A stretch of DNA of 64,000 bases. Source: Alphaproteobacteria bacterium (GTDB lineage: Bacteria > Pseudomonadota > Alphaproteobacteria > Micropepsales > Micropepsaceae). This document shows positions 1-7,913 of this stretch, piece after piece. Location: assembly GCA_013697055.1 (NCBI GenBank), contig JACCXK010000142.1, forward strand, positions 1,651 to 65,650. Direction: 5' to 3'. A program made the translations under genes and the position numbers. The notes under the pieces are model-generated. The model saw only the letters and a program-made list of their open reading frames with translations, was not told the origin of the DNA and made no database searches. Position 1 is the first letter of the stretch. The number at the start of each line of letters is the position of its first letter.

Positions 1-95
1 CCCGCCCCTTCGACGGTGTTGCAGCCGCTCAATAATGTGGTCGCGCCAAAGGCGAGAACCAGCCCGGTAAGTGTTATGGCGATGTGCTTACGCAT
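1..95 (-). CDS. Putative lipoprotein, N-terminal 31 codons only (gene continues beyond the window start)
   Basis: The reverse complement from 95 reads ATG CGT AAG CAC ATC... = MRKHIAITLTGLVLAFGATTLLSGCNTVEG. This is a positively charged n-region, a hydrophobic core and a lipobox-like LLSGC. Confidence 0.4.
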   Translation of the reverse strand, partial: MRKHIAITLTGLVLAFGATTLLSGCNTVEGA

Positions 96-192
96 GATGA
101 ACTTTCTATCTGCCGCCTGAGGCGGCGAGTGGGGGGCGCTTCCGATGCTATTGCGGCAACGGAGTGGAGAACGGTCGTTATGCTTTAACTGG

Positions 193-375
193 TTATGTGT
201 TTCTACGAACGGCGTCTTTTACGCCGCCGATTGCGCTCTCGACCTTGCCCTTCGCCTTATCGACTGTCCCTTCGGCCTGGAGCTTGGCGTCGCCTGTGAC
301 TTTACCAGCTGTCTGCTTGATTGAGCCTTTCGCCTGATCGGCGGCTCCGCTGATGCGATCTTTGTCCATGTACAA
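193..375 (-). CDS. csbD: CsbD-family general stress protein (60 aa)
   Basis: The translation MYMDKDRISGAADQAKGSIKQTAGKVTGDAKLQAEGTVDKAKGKVESAIGGVKDAV has the typical CsbD KG..K...G...GD..L..EG..D+..GK pattern and length. Confidence 0.9.
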   Translation of the reverse strand: MYMDKDRISGAADQAKGSIKQTAGKVTGDAKLQAEGTVDKAKGKVESAIGGVKDAVRRNT

Positions 376-399
376 TCTTTCTCGTGGGTGAGCTTAGAG

Positions 400-424
400 A
401 ACCCGGCGGCCGGAGGTCAGTTCC
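400..424 (-). promoter_or_regulatory. EcfG-like (general stress sigma) promoter motif upstream of csbD
   Basis: The minus strand reads GGAAC-tgacctccggccgccg-GGTT (N16). The -10 element ends 25 nt upstream of the csbD ATG. This matches the alphaproteobacterial EcfG consensus GGAAC-N16/17-CGTT at 8 of 9 positions. Confidence 0.5.
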
Positions 425-561
425 TTTACGCAACAAATAGTTCGTCTAGATTGGACATCGAGCACAGTCCCATTGTTACGCCGACCTGGCCCTCTGTACG
501 GCACTACCGGATGCCGATAGCAGAAAGCTCATGAGTTGCCTGCGTGTCCGAAACGGACCTT

Positions 562-586
562 GGAACGCTTTGGCCCGCTTCGAGTT
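562..586 (+). promoter_or_regulatory. EcfG-like promoter motif upstream of the PepSY gene
   Basis: GGAAC (562-566), then N16, then AGTT (583-586), 29 nt upstream of the ATG at 615. This is 8 of 9 consensus positions. Confidence 0.45.
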
Positions 587-614
587 AACCGTGTCGCATG
601 AATAGGATAACCCT

Positions 615-926
615 ATGCGCCATATTGCCCTCACCTTGGCACTAAGTTTCGGCCTTATGGCGCCTGCCGCCTTCGCGCAGAACATGCCCGCGCAATCGGG
701 CCCTCAGAATCAAGCCGTTAAAGGGGTGCATGAGAACAACTCATCCACGCCCGTCTCGGGCGCCAATAGCTTCACGATGAAAGAAGCCAAGTCCCAGATC
801 GAAGCAAAGGGCTACACCCACGTTGTCAAGCTCAAGAAAGACAAGAATGGTGTATGGCGCGGCATGGCGAAGAAGGACGGCTCGGCCGGGCCTGTTAGCG
901 TCGATTACCAGGGTAACGTCAACTAA
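615..926 (+). CDS. PepSY-domain periplasmic protein (103 aa)
   Basis: Signal peptide MRHIALTLALSFGLMAPAAFAQ. The C-terminal part, FTMKEAKSQIEAKGYTHVVKLKKDKNGVWRGMAKKDGSAGPVSVDYQGNV, has the PepSY-like pattern. Confidence 0.7.
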   Translation: MRHIALTLALSFGLMAPAAFAQNMPAQSGPQNQAVKGVHENNSSTPVSGANSFTMKEAKSQIEAKGYTHVVKLKKDKNGVWRGMAKKDGSAGPVSVDYQGNVN

Positions 927-967
927 CCCTGCGTCTGCACTCCAACGACCAAAAAAAGGGAAAAAAA

Positions 968-1582
968 ACGACAAAGACAATCACGCGGGCTTATAACGAC
1001 TATGCCACCGCAGAGCTCGTCGTCCGCAACCTCAAAAATGCGGGCCTCGGGGATAGCCACATCGGAATCGTTGCCAGCAATGCCGATGGTTGGCACAAGC
1101 CGGGCGATGGGAATGTAGATCCCGCTCACGAAAAGGACCGTGATGGGAAGGATGACCGTGCAGAGGGCGCCGCGACCGGCGGCGGTCTTGGCGCGATTGC
1201 CGGCGGCGCGGTTGGTGCAGCGGCGGGGCTAGGCATGCTCGCCATCCCAGGCGTTGGCCCCGTGGTTGCAGCCGGCTGGTTAGCTGCCTTGGCTTCCGGC
1301 GCGGTCAGTGGTGGCGTGGTCGGGGGCTTAATTGGCGCGCTGGTGGAGTCTGGAACTACTAAGGAACATGCGGAGGTGTATGTCGAAGCAGTTCGCCGAG
1401 GCGGCGCCATCTTGACGGCGAAGGTGCCCGACGATGAACAAGCTAGATATGCCGCGATGATGGACGAGTCGGCGGTAGATATCGCCACCCGCGAAACGAA
1501 TTATCGCAGTTCCGGTTGGAAGGGCTACGATCCCGCCGCTCCGGCCTATGAACCGACCAGGTGCGCAAGGAACGGGAATTAA
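968..1582 (+). CDS. YflT/GSP17M-like general stress protein with a Gly-zipper segment; no canonical start codon for the conserved N-terminus
   Basis: The frame is open from 917. It encodes TTKTITRAYNDYATAELVVRNLKNAGLGDSHIGIVASN...GGLGAIAGGAVGAAAGLGMLAIPGVGPVVAAGWLAALASGAVSGGVVGGLIGALV...EHAEVYVEAVRRGGAILTAKV. The first ATG/GTG/TTG in this frame is at 1235, after the conserved N-domain. ACG at 968 lies 7 nt after AAGGGA. Confidence 0.6.
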   Translation, partial: TTKTITRAYNDYATAELVVRNLKNAGLGDSHIGIVASNADGWHKPGDGNVDPAHEKDRDGKDDRAEGAATGGGLGAIAGGAVGAAAGLGMLAIPGVGPVVAAGWLAALASGAVSGGVVGGLIGALVESGTTKEHAEVYVEAVRRGGAILTAKVPDDEQARYAAMMDESAVDIATRETNYRSSGWKGYDPAAPAYEPTRCARNGN

Positions 1583-1610
1583 ATCGCGTTTAACTTTTGA
1601 TACGCAACGA

Positions 1611-1640
1611 GCCGCCGACAAAGTGTCGGCGGGTTTTTCT
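1611..1640 (+). terminator. Rho-independent terminator after the YflT-like gene
   Basis: Stem gccgccgaca / gtcggcgg(g) with loop aagt, followed by ttttt. Confidence 0.7.
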
Positions 1641-1894
1641 TGTTGAAGCACTGTAAAAACCCCCATGACGGTCGCCGGCTTTAGGCGCCGCGCTGCTTCA
1701 ACCGGACGGTCGACCCTCGTTGAACGAGGCAACGCCCGCGATTCTGAGGGGCGCTGCCAACCCGCCCATTCGAGTGTACAGCTTTCAAATTGCAAATGTG
1801 GGATCGTAAACCTCAGCCTTGGTCCCCGACGATAGACTTCCGTCTCCGTCACCCCTCATTCTGCCTGCGCGCAATTAGCGGGTTGCGCTCAGGC

Positions 1895-1970
1895 CAATGT
1901 CCGCTTCTGCCGCAAAGCGACATTGGGCTGACCGGACGCGATGACCGCTTTGGAGAAAAGCGGACATTGG
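1895..1970. repeat. Bipartite palindromic REP/MITE-like element, copy A
   Basis: caatgtccgcttctgccgcaaagcgacattgg, a spacer, then gatgaccgctttggagaaaagcggacattgg. Each half is an inverted repeat built on (a)atgtccgcttt/aaagcggacatt. Confidence 0.85.
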
Positions 1971-2231
1971 CCGGCCTTGGCACTTACCAAACCGCTCGCG
2001 CCAAGTGTCGTACTAGTGCCGAAGTGTTGGGTCGCCCCAGCTGATGGGCTCCAGGCGGGTTCGCCGCCATTCCCACCCCGCGATTGATCCGCCCCTCGGT
2101 GGGCCTGCTGCGGTCAGCGTCAATTTTGCGCGCGATCCGGGGGCATTACGAAAGAGAGAATTTCTCGCTGGTACCGACCAACCTCGTTCATTAATAACCG
2201 CGAACCAGTTTATCAACCATACCTTGCACCC

Positions 2232-2909
2232 CTAATTGATTCGGCGCACCCGATAGAGTCCCGGCTCATTGCGAACACGAAAATTGTACGCTCCAAGTAA
2301 TCCGTGTTCGATGCGAACAACATATCGGCCCGCATGCTTGCTCCAGTGAGCGCGTGTGTCATCGCCCGCCAACTGTTGCCACACCTGCCCATTATCCAAG
2401 GTCACCGTGAACACGCCGTATCTGTCAAAGGTGTAGGCGCTCATGCGGGCAGAGAAGTTATCGTTGTTTGCGGGCGGCAATGCGGGACGCAGGCCGAATG
2501 ACTGCGCAGGTGGCGAAGCGGCGAGCGGCGGCGATGGCGGCAGCCCGAAGTGCGTGCGCATGGGCTGGGCGGCCGCATAATAGCAGTTTAGCCATTGATG
2601 CTGATTGTCCGGGCCGGTGCATCGGAAGGCTCCTTCCAGGATTGAGTTGCGCAAGGCCTGGTCGCCCCGCGTGACAAGCCCAGCCGGCGGCGACTGCACC
2701 AACTGCAGTTGGGCCTGCGGCGCGGGCGGCAGTCCTAAGGCGGCGCGCACAGGTTGCGCTGCACCATAGTAGCATTCTAGCCATGTTTTATTGTCGCTAA
2801 TTGCTGCGCAGCGAAACGCGCCGGACATAGTCTCGTCATTGGGCGCGGCCAATACCGGCAGGACCCACAACGACAAAATTACCGCAAAGATCCAGCGCAG
2901 CATCACCAA
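2232..2909 (-). CDS. Secreted hypothetical protein with an internally duplicated Cys motif (225 aa)
   Basis: Signal peptide MVMLRWIFAVILSLWVLPVLAAP. The motif GAFRC-x8-WL-x-CYY-x-AAQP-x-R-x4-GLPP occurs twice. I recognise no family. Confidence 0.6.
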   Translation of the reverse strand: MVMLRWIFAVILSLWVLPVLAAPNDETMSGAFRCAAISDNKTWLECYYGAAQPVRAALGLPPAPQAQLQLVQSPPAGLVTRGDQALRNSILEGAFRCTGPDNQHQWLNCYYAAAQPMRTHFGLPPSPPLAASPPAQSFGLRPALPPANNDNFSARMSAYTFDRYGVFTVTLDNGQVWQQLAGDDTRAHWSKHAGRYVVRIEHGLLGAYNFRVRNEPGLYRVRRIN

Positions 2910-2985
2910 CCTCGTGCTTCGGAAAATCAGTTTACTGGCTTTTTTCTCGTTCGGGCTTCGCGGATCGAATTCGAGGCGGCCGTGC

Positions 2986-3002
2986 CTCTCATCTGATGAG
3001 AG
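2986..3002. promoter_or_regulatory. 17-bp perfect palindrome, candidate operator upstream of the TonB receptor gene
   Basis: ctctcatc-t-gatgagag, 118 nt upstream of the ATG at 3120. Confidence 0.2.
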
Positions 3003-3119
3003 AAAACGCCTACGAGATTTTTGACACGTCCGGGCGCCGCGCCCAAGCTTTCCAACGCCGCGAATGAGACCAAAGAGTCTGCAGCAACGCGACGAGGAAA
3101 CTTTAAAGGGGCAACACCC

Positions 3120-6029
3120 ATGAATAATCTTGCGCGCCAGCTCAAGCTGGGTGGCTCGACTCTGGCGTTAGTCGCCATCACGACCATTGCGCCGGCCATG
3201 GCGCAAGCTGCCAAGAGCAATACGCCGGGTGCTGGGGGCGTGGAAGAGGTGACCGTAACGGGAACCAGCATCCGGGGCGTCGCCCCGGTAGGGGCCAATG
3301 TCATCACCGTCGGCCCGCAGGAGATCCAGAAGCAGGGCGGCGCGACCCTTGACGAGATCCTGAAACAGGTGCCCTCGCTCTCCAACATGGGCCAGGTGGG
3401 ACAAGGCCAACACAACTCGACATATTTTTCGCCAAACATCCATCAGCTGGGGGGCAGCGCGTCCGGTTCAACGCTGGTGATTATGGACGGATTGCGCTTC
3501 CCATTGGGCGGCACCAGCCATTCCCAGCCCGACCCGTCGATCATTCCCGCCGTAGCCATCCAGCGGGTCGAAGTGCTGGCTGACGGCTCCTCCTCGATAT
3601 ATGGCTCTGACGCCGTCGCCGGCGTGATTAATTTCATCACCCGGGACAGCTATGACGGTCTTTTAGTTCAGGCCGAAGGCGGCGGTGCCGACGACTACGT
3701 CAAATACAACCTCAGTGCGTTGATGGGTTCGAGCTGGCAGGGCGGCCAAGTCATGTTTGCCATCCAGCACTCCTATATCAGTGACATTCAGATGGCGACT
3801 CGGGTGTCGACGCAGAACTTCATTCCGCAGGGCGGCACCAACCAGCGCAGCTTCAACTGTTCGCCCGCTTCCATCCAGCCGGCAGGTTCTAGCGTAATTT
3901 ACCCATCGGCAACCGCCACCTCGACCCTAGTCAATGCCCAAGCCAACGCGCCCTGCGATCTGATCTATGGCGATTATGTGCCTAAAGAGACCCGCGACAA
4001 CATGATGGCTAAGGTAAGCCAGTCTTTCGGCAACCTGACCATTTCCGCCACTGGGCTCTTCGCCAATCGCAAGGACGTGACATACTCGTCGGCTGGCACC
4101 ATCTCCGCCACAGCCTTCGGTACGGGTGCTCAGGCAAACCCATTCTACATTAACCCCCCGGGCGTCCTCGCGACCTCCCAGACGGTGCGCTATGACTTTG
4201 GACCATTGATCCCGCCCAACATCGCCCCGCAGGGCGCGTCCACCATGTATGGCAACGTCAACCTGCGCTACCGCTTTGACAAGGGTTTCCTGGACGGATG
4301 GGAAGCCAATGCGTGGGTCGTCACGGCGCAAAACAATTCGTACGCCGACACCTATAACGGTTTCTGCAACGCCTGCGCCCTGCTTGCACTGAACGGCACC
4401 ACAAATACTGGCGGCTCGACGACCGCGACGCCTATCGTCGGTACCACCATCATCCCCACGCAGTTGCCGCTGACCTCGACCAATGCGCTGGATGTGTGGA
4501 ACCCTGTAGGCTCCAACCGAACCTCCGCCGCAACGATCAAGTCGCTGACAAGCCTCAACTCAACCACCAGCCAGATCGACAGCTTTACGCAGTTCAAGGT
4601 CGGCGCCAACGGTCCGCTGTTCGACCTGCCCGCCGGTCCGGTCAAAGCCGCCATTGGTGCCGAAGCGGTAAGTTATGCCACGGTGCAGAAGGTTACTAAG
4701 ACCAACGCCACCGGCCCATCCAGCTATGGCTCGGCCTTCAGCGTGTTCCATTTCCCGCGCTCGGTGCGCTCGGTGTTCGGCGAAATCGATGTTCCAGTGA
4801 TTTCGCCCGAGATGGATGTGCCGCTGATCAACAAGTTCGAAGTTGATATCTCGGGCCGCTACGACAACTACTCCGACGTCGGCGACACCTCGAATCCCAA
4901 ATTCGCCGCCGACTGGACAGTCATTCCGGGATTCAAGCTGCGCGGCTCCTATTCGACCTCGTTTGTGGCGCCGCAGACAGACAGCATCGGCGACCCGACA
5001 CAGGCCTACCGCGCGGCATATGGCGGCGCGAGCTTGTTCTCAACCCCCACAAGCTTTTCCACCGCGCTCTATCCAGGCGTCGCCGGGGTCTTGCCGGGGT
5101 GCGCCGCCGGCGCTGCTACTTGCCAAGTCGGCACGGCATCTACCCAGGGCATCACGGTCCAGCGCGGCATAGGTCCCAGCGCCCAGCCCCAGAAGGGTAA
5201 CGGCTGGACGCTCGGCGTCGACATGGCACCTACTTTCCTGCCCGGGTTCAGCGCCAACATCACCCTCTTCGACGCCCATTTCAAAGGCGCGGTGACCTCC
5301 CCCAATTCTAGCGTACGGGCGAATGTGCCGTCCCTGACCCGCCTGTTCCAGATCTGCCCAACCGGATGTTCGGCAGCACTCGTCGCCGCCACCTTGGCGC
5401 CGTACCCGACCCTGAACAGCGCGCCGCCGACGACTGCCTATGTGATCGACGACGCAAGCCAGAACAACATCTTGAACCTTCGGGCGCAGGGCCTGGATAT
5501 CGCGATTAATTATGATTTCGACACCAACTTCGGCCATTTCAGTTTAGGTACGGCAATCACCGAATTCCTAAAATACGACATTTCGTTCGGCTACCCGGTA
5601 GAAGGTCCATCCTACAGCCTCCTCAACACAGACGGGCAGACCTCTCAATTCCCGCAGATTCAGCACCAATCGCGCACTTCGATCGGCTGGTCCGAAGGGC
5701 CTTGGTCGCTGGATCTGTTCATGAATTTCACCGCTGGGTATCGCAACTTTGCGACCCCCGCCCTTCCGCTTACACGCGATGCTAACGGCAATCCTAACGG
5801 CGGTGGGGACCCGGTCCAGGCTTATGCGACCTTCGACGTCCATGCGGCTTATGACTTCGAGGACGGCCTGCTGGGCGGCGACCAGATCTACATCACCATG
5901 ACCAACATCGCCGGCAGCCATCCGCCATTTTACAATAGCCAAGGCCAGGCATCCATAACTGGTACCGACGACTTGGTCACCAACCTGATCGGGCGCCTGA
6001 CCGTGGTGGGCATCCGCGCGAAGTTCTAG
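3120..6029 (+). CDS. TonB-dependent outer-membrane receptor (969 aa from the ATG at 3120)
   Basis: Signal peptide MNNLARQLKLGGSTLALVAITTIAPAMAQA and a plug region (VTVTGTSIRG...DEILKQVPS...RVEVLADGSSSIYGSDAVAGVINFITR). The long beta-barrel ends in RAKF. AAAGGGG lies upstream of the 3120 ATG. The track ORF start at 3021 is probably too early. Confidence 0.9.
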   Translation: MNNLARQLKLGGSTLALVAITTIAPAMAQAAKSNTPGAGGVEEVTVTGTSIRGVAPVGANVITVGPQEIQKQGGATLDEILKQVPSLSNMGQVGQGQHNSTYFSPNIHQLGGSASGSTLVIMDGLRFPLGGTSHSQPDPSIIPAVAIQRVEVLADGSSSIYGSDAVAGVINFITRDSYDGLLVQAEGGGADDYVKYNLSALMGSSWQGGQVMFAIQHSYISDIQMATRVSTQNFIPQGGTNQRSFNCSPASIQPAGSSVIYPSATATSTLVNAQANAPCDLIYGDYVPKETRDNMMAKVSQSFGNLTISATGLFANRKDVTYSSAGTISATAFGTGAQANPFYINPPGVLATSQTVRYDFGPLIPPNIAPQGASTMYGNVNLRYRFDKGFLDGWEANAWVVTAQNNSYADTYNGFCNACALLALNGTTNTGGSTTATPIVGTTIIPTQLPLTSTNALDVWNPVGSNRTSAATIKSLTSLNSTTSQIDSFTQFKVGANGPLFDLPAGPVKAAIGAEAVSYATVQKVTKTNATGPSSYGSAFSVFHFPRSVRSVFGEIDVPVISPEMDVPLINKFEVDISGRYDNYSDVGDTSNPKFAADWTVIPGFKLRGSYSTSFVAPQTDSIGDPTQAYRAAYGGASLFSTPTSFSTALYPGVAGVLPGCAAGAATCQVGTASTQGITVQRGIGPSAQPQKGNGWTLGVDMAPTFLPGFSANITLFDAHFKGAVTSPNSSVRANVPSLTRLFQICPTGCSAALVAATLAPYPTLNSAPPTTAYVIDDASQNNILNLRAQGLDIAINYDFDTNFGHFSLGTAITEFLKYDISFGYPVEGPSYSLLNTDGQTSQFPQIQHQSRTSIGWSEGPWSLDLFMNFTAGYRNFATPALPLTRDANGNPNGGGDPVQAYATFDVHAAYDFEDGLLGGDQIYITMTNIAGSHPPFYNSQGQASITGTDDLVTNLIGRLTVVGIRAKF

Positions 6030-6117
6030 CAGCGGGTTGGCACTGGCTGCCCGTTCGCCATGCTAGGACACTTTGTCTTTTCGCAGCGCCGGCGTAGCGT
6101 CTGCGTAGGGGAAGCGG

Positions 6118-6876
6118 ATGACGTGGCCGGCTGGCAAACAAAAGAAAAGCAACGCCGTCGATGTCGGCTGGGTGATTGATCCGGCGCGTGAAGCCAGCTT
6201 CATCTGGGACGCGCCGCGTAGGCTCACTCGTCCCGAGGGTCGCACCGCTCACGCCAAGGGGCTTTCCAACTGTCCCGCCGTCACCGACCATGAATCGCGG
6301 CTGTTCGAAATCGCTTGTCCCATCGACATCAAGCTACGCTTTTTCCGTGACGCCAACGGCAATCCATCGATGGCGGCTGTCGACGGCGACCAATCCACCA
6401 TCCGCCCGCAGCAATTCTCTCAGATGGTGATGGCGTCGCACCCGTCCGAATGGCGCCATCCGCAGCGCCCTCTGATCCAGGTGATGACGCCGTTGCAGTT
6501 TATAGCAGATGAGCCGGTTTGGCTGACGCAGTATCCCGCTTTCTACAATCGCCCCCTACCACCCATCCCGGGCATAATGGTGGGTGGTCGCTTTCCCATT
6601 CATATCTGGCCGCGCGAACTGGTCTTCGCTTTTGAGTGGCACGACATTAATGCGGACCTGGTGATCCGTAGGGGCGATCCATGGTTTTATGTTGGCTTCG
6701 AGACCGATGACCCGTCACGCCATGTCCGCTTGGTGGAGGCGGAGATGACCGAAGGCTTGAAGGCCTACACCAATGGTATGCGCGGCGTAACCAACTATGT
6801 AAGCCGCACCTTTTCGTTGTTTGGCACGGCAAAAACGCGCCGTCCTAAAACCCTGCTTTCCCCGAAACGACGCTGA
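6118..6876 (+). CDS. Hypothetical protein (252 aa), family not recognised
   Basis: A long ORF with coding-like composition directly downstream of the TonB receptor. GGGGAAG precedes the ATG. I saw no signal peptide. Confidence 0.55.
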   Translation: MTWPAGKQKKSNAVDVGWVIDPAREASFIWDAPRRLTRPEGRTAHAKGLSNCPAVTDHESRLFEIACPIDIKLRFFRDANGNPSMAAVDGDQSTIRPQQFSQMVMASHPSEWRHPQRPLIQVMTPLQFIADEPVWLTQYPAFYNRPLPPIPGIMVGGRFPIHIWPRELVFAFEWHDINADLVIRRGDPWFYVGFETDDPSRHVRLVEAEMTEGLKAYTNGMRGVTNYVSRTFSLFGTAKTRRPKTLLSPKRR

Positions 6877-6990
6877 ATATGTGCTTTGCAGCCCATGGGT
6901 GCGGCGCAAACTCACCTGATGAGAATTTTTTGAGCATCTGTTTTGACAATCGCGAGGCATGGCTCAGCATCGCAAAGTGAGGGAATACAA

Positions 6991-7890
6991 ATGAAAATCA
7001 GTCGAAGGACGCTTACTAATTTGGGCCTCGCGGGGCTCGCCTCCGCGGCGTCTGCGCCTGTGATGGCGCAGACGAGCGGGCGCACCACCTATGGCCCGCA
7101 GCGCCGGGAGATCCCACATGGCATGGTCAAGACTAGTAAGCTGTTCAAGGCACCACCCGGCTATGTCAATGCTCTAGCGGTGGCGCCCGAGGGGTTGTGG
7201 CTCGGCCAGCAGAAACTTTCTGGCAAGGCAGCACAGTCCTATCACCTCCCCGATCCGACAGACCTGCGGGAAGCGGCCTGGTTGGTGGATTGGAACGGCA
7301 AGCTGATGAAGACGGTGCAAACCAATTCACGCAACACCTCGGGCATGGCCTATGGCAATGGCTGTGTGTGGATGATGGCGAACCAGGAACCGCAGGGCGT
7401 GTTTCAGGTAGACATGAGCTCCAAAGAGATCAGCCACCGACAGATTCCGCTTGCGCTGCCAGGCCAGGACGGCGGCGGCAGTCACGGTGCACAATGGCGC
7501 GATGGCAAATTGTGGATCGTAGCTAACCGGCCGCGCCTGATGCTTCGGGTGGATCCCAAAACCTGGGCGCCTGAAGTGGCGATTCCGATCTATATATCAG
7601 CCGACAAGCCGCGCTGGCACGACATGACCTTCGATGGCGATGGCAATATCTGGATGGTCACCGGCAATGACAGCAAGAGCTACAAGGAAGGAAAACCCGG
7701 CCTGGTCAAGTACGACGGCAAGACGGGGCAGGTGCTGTTTACCTACGACTTCGCGGCTGGTAGCTGCGACCCGCATGGGCTGGAATTCCACAACGGCACT
7801 TTGATTTCCTGCGACGCCGGTATCCATCCTGGCTGGCCCAATGGGGACAGCCCCAGCGCGGGGTGGGTCTTCAAAATCGAAACGGTCTGA
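6991..7890 (+). CDS. Tat-signal periplasmic beta-propeller-like protein (299 aa)
   Basis: MKISRRTLTNLGLAGLASAASAPVMAQ has a twin-arginine-type motif. Blade-like motifs recur (GCVWMMAN, GKLWIVAN, DGDGNIWMVTG). GAGGGA lies upstream of the ATG at 6991. Confidence 0.7.
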   Translation: MKISRRTLTNLGLAGLASAASAPVMAQTSGRTTYGPQRREIPHGMVKTSKLFKAPPGYVNALAVAPEGLWLGQQKLSGKAAQSYHLPDPTDLREAAWLVDWNGKLMKTVQTNSRNTSGMAYGNGCVWMMANQEPQGVFQVDMSSKEISHRQIPLALPGQDGGGSHGAQWRDGKLWIVANRPRLMLRVDPKTWAPEVAIPIYISADKPRWHDMTFDGDGNIWMVTGNDSKSYKEGKPGLVKYDGKTGQVLFTYDFAAGSCDPHGLEFHNGTLISCDAGIHPGWPNGDSPSAGWVFKIETV

Positions 7891-7913
7891 ACAACAACTC
7901 TGGGGAGTAAGAC

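Noticed and set aside
109-131. The hairpin gccgcc-tga-ggcggc downstream of csbD as a terminator
   Set aside because: The stem is only 6 bp and no U tract follows on the relevant strand. That is too weak to call.
2910-3119. A riboswitch (for example cobalamin or TPP) or Fur box in the leaders of the three TonB receptor genes
   Set aside because: I could not recognise conserved riboswitch cores (no B12-box-like or TPP-like motifs) or a Fur-box-like 19-bp AT-rich palindrome in 2910-3119, 16981-17086 or 52895-53072.
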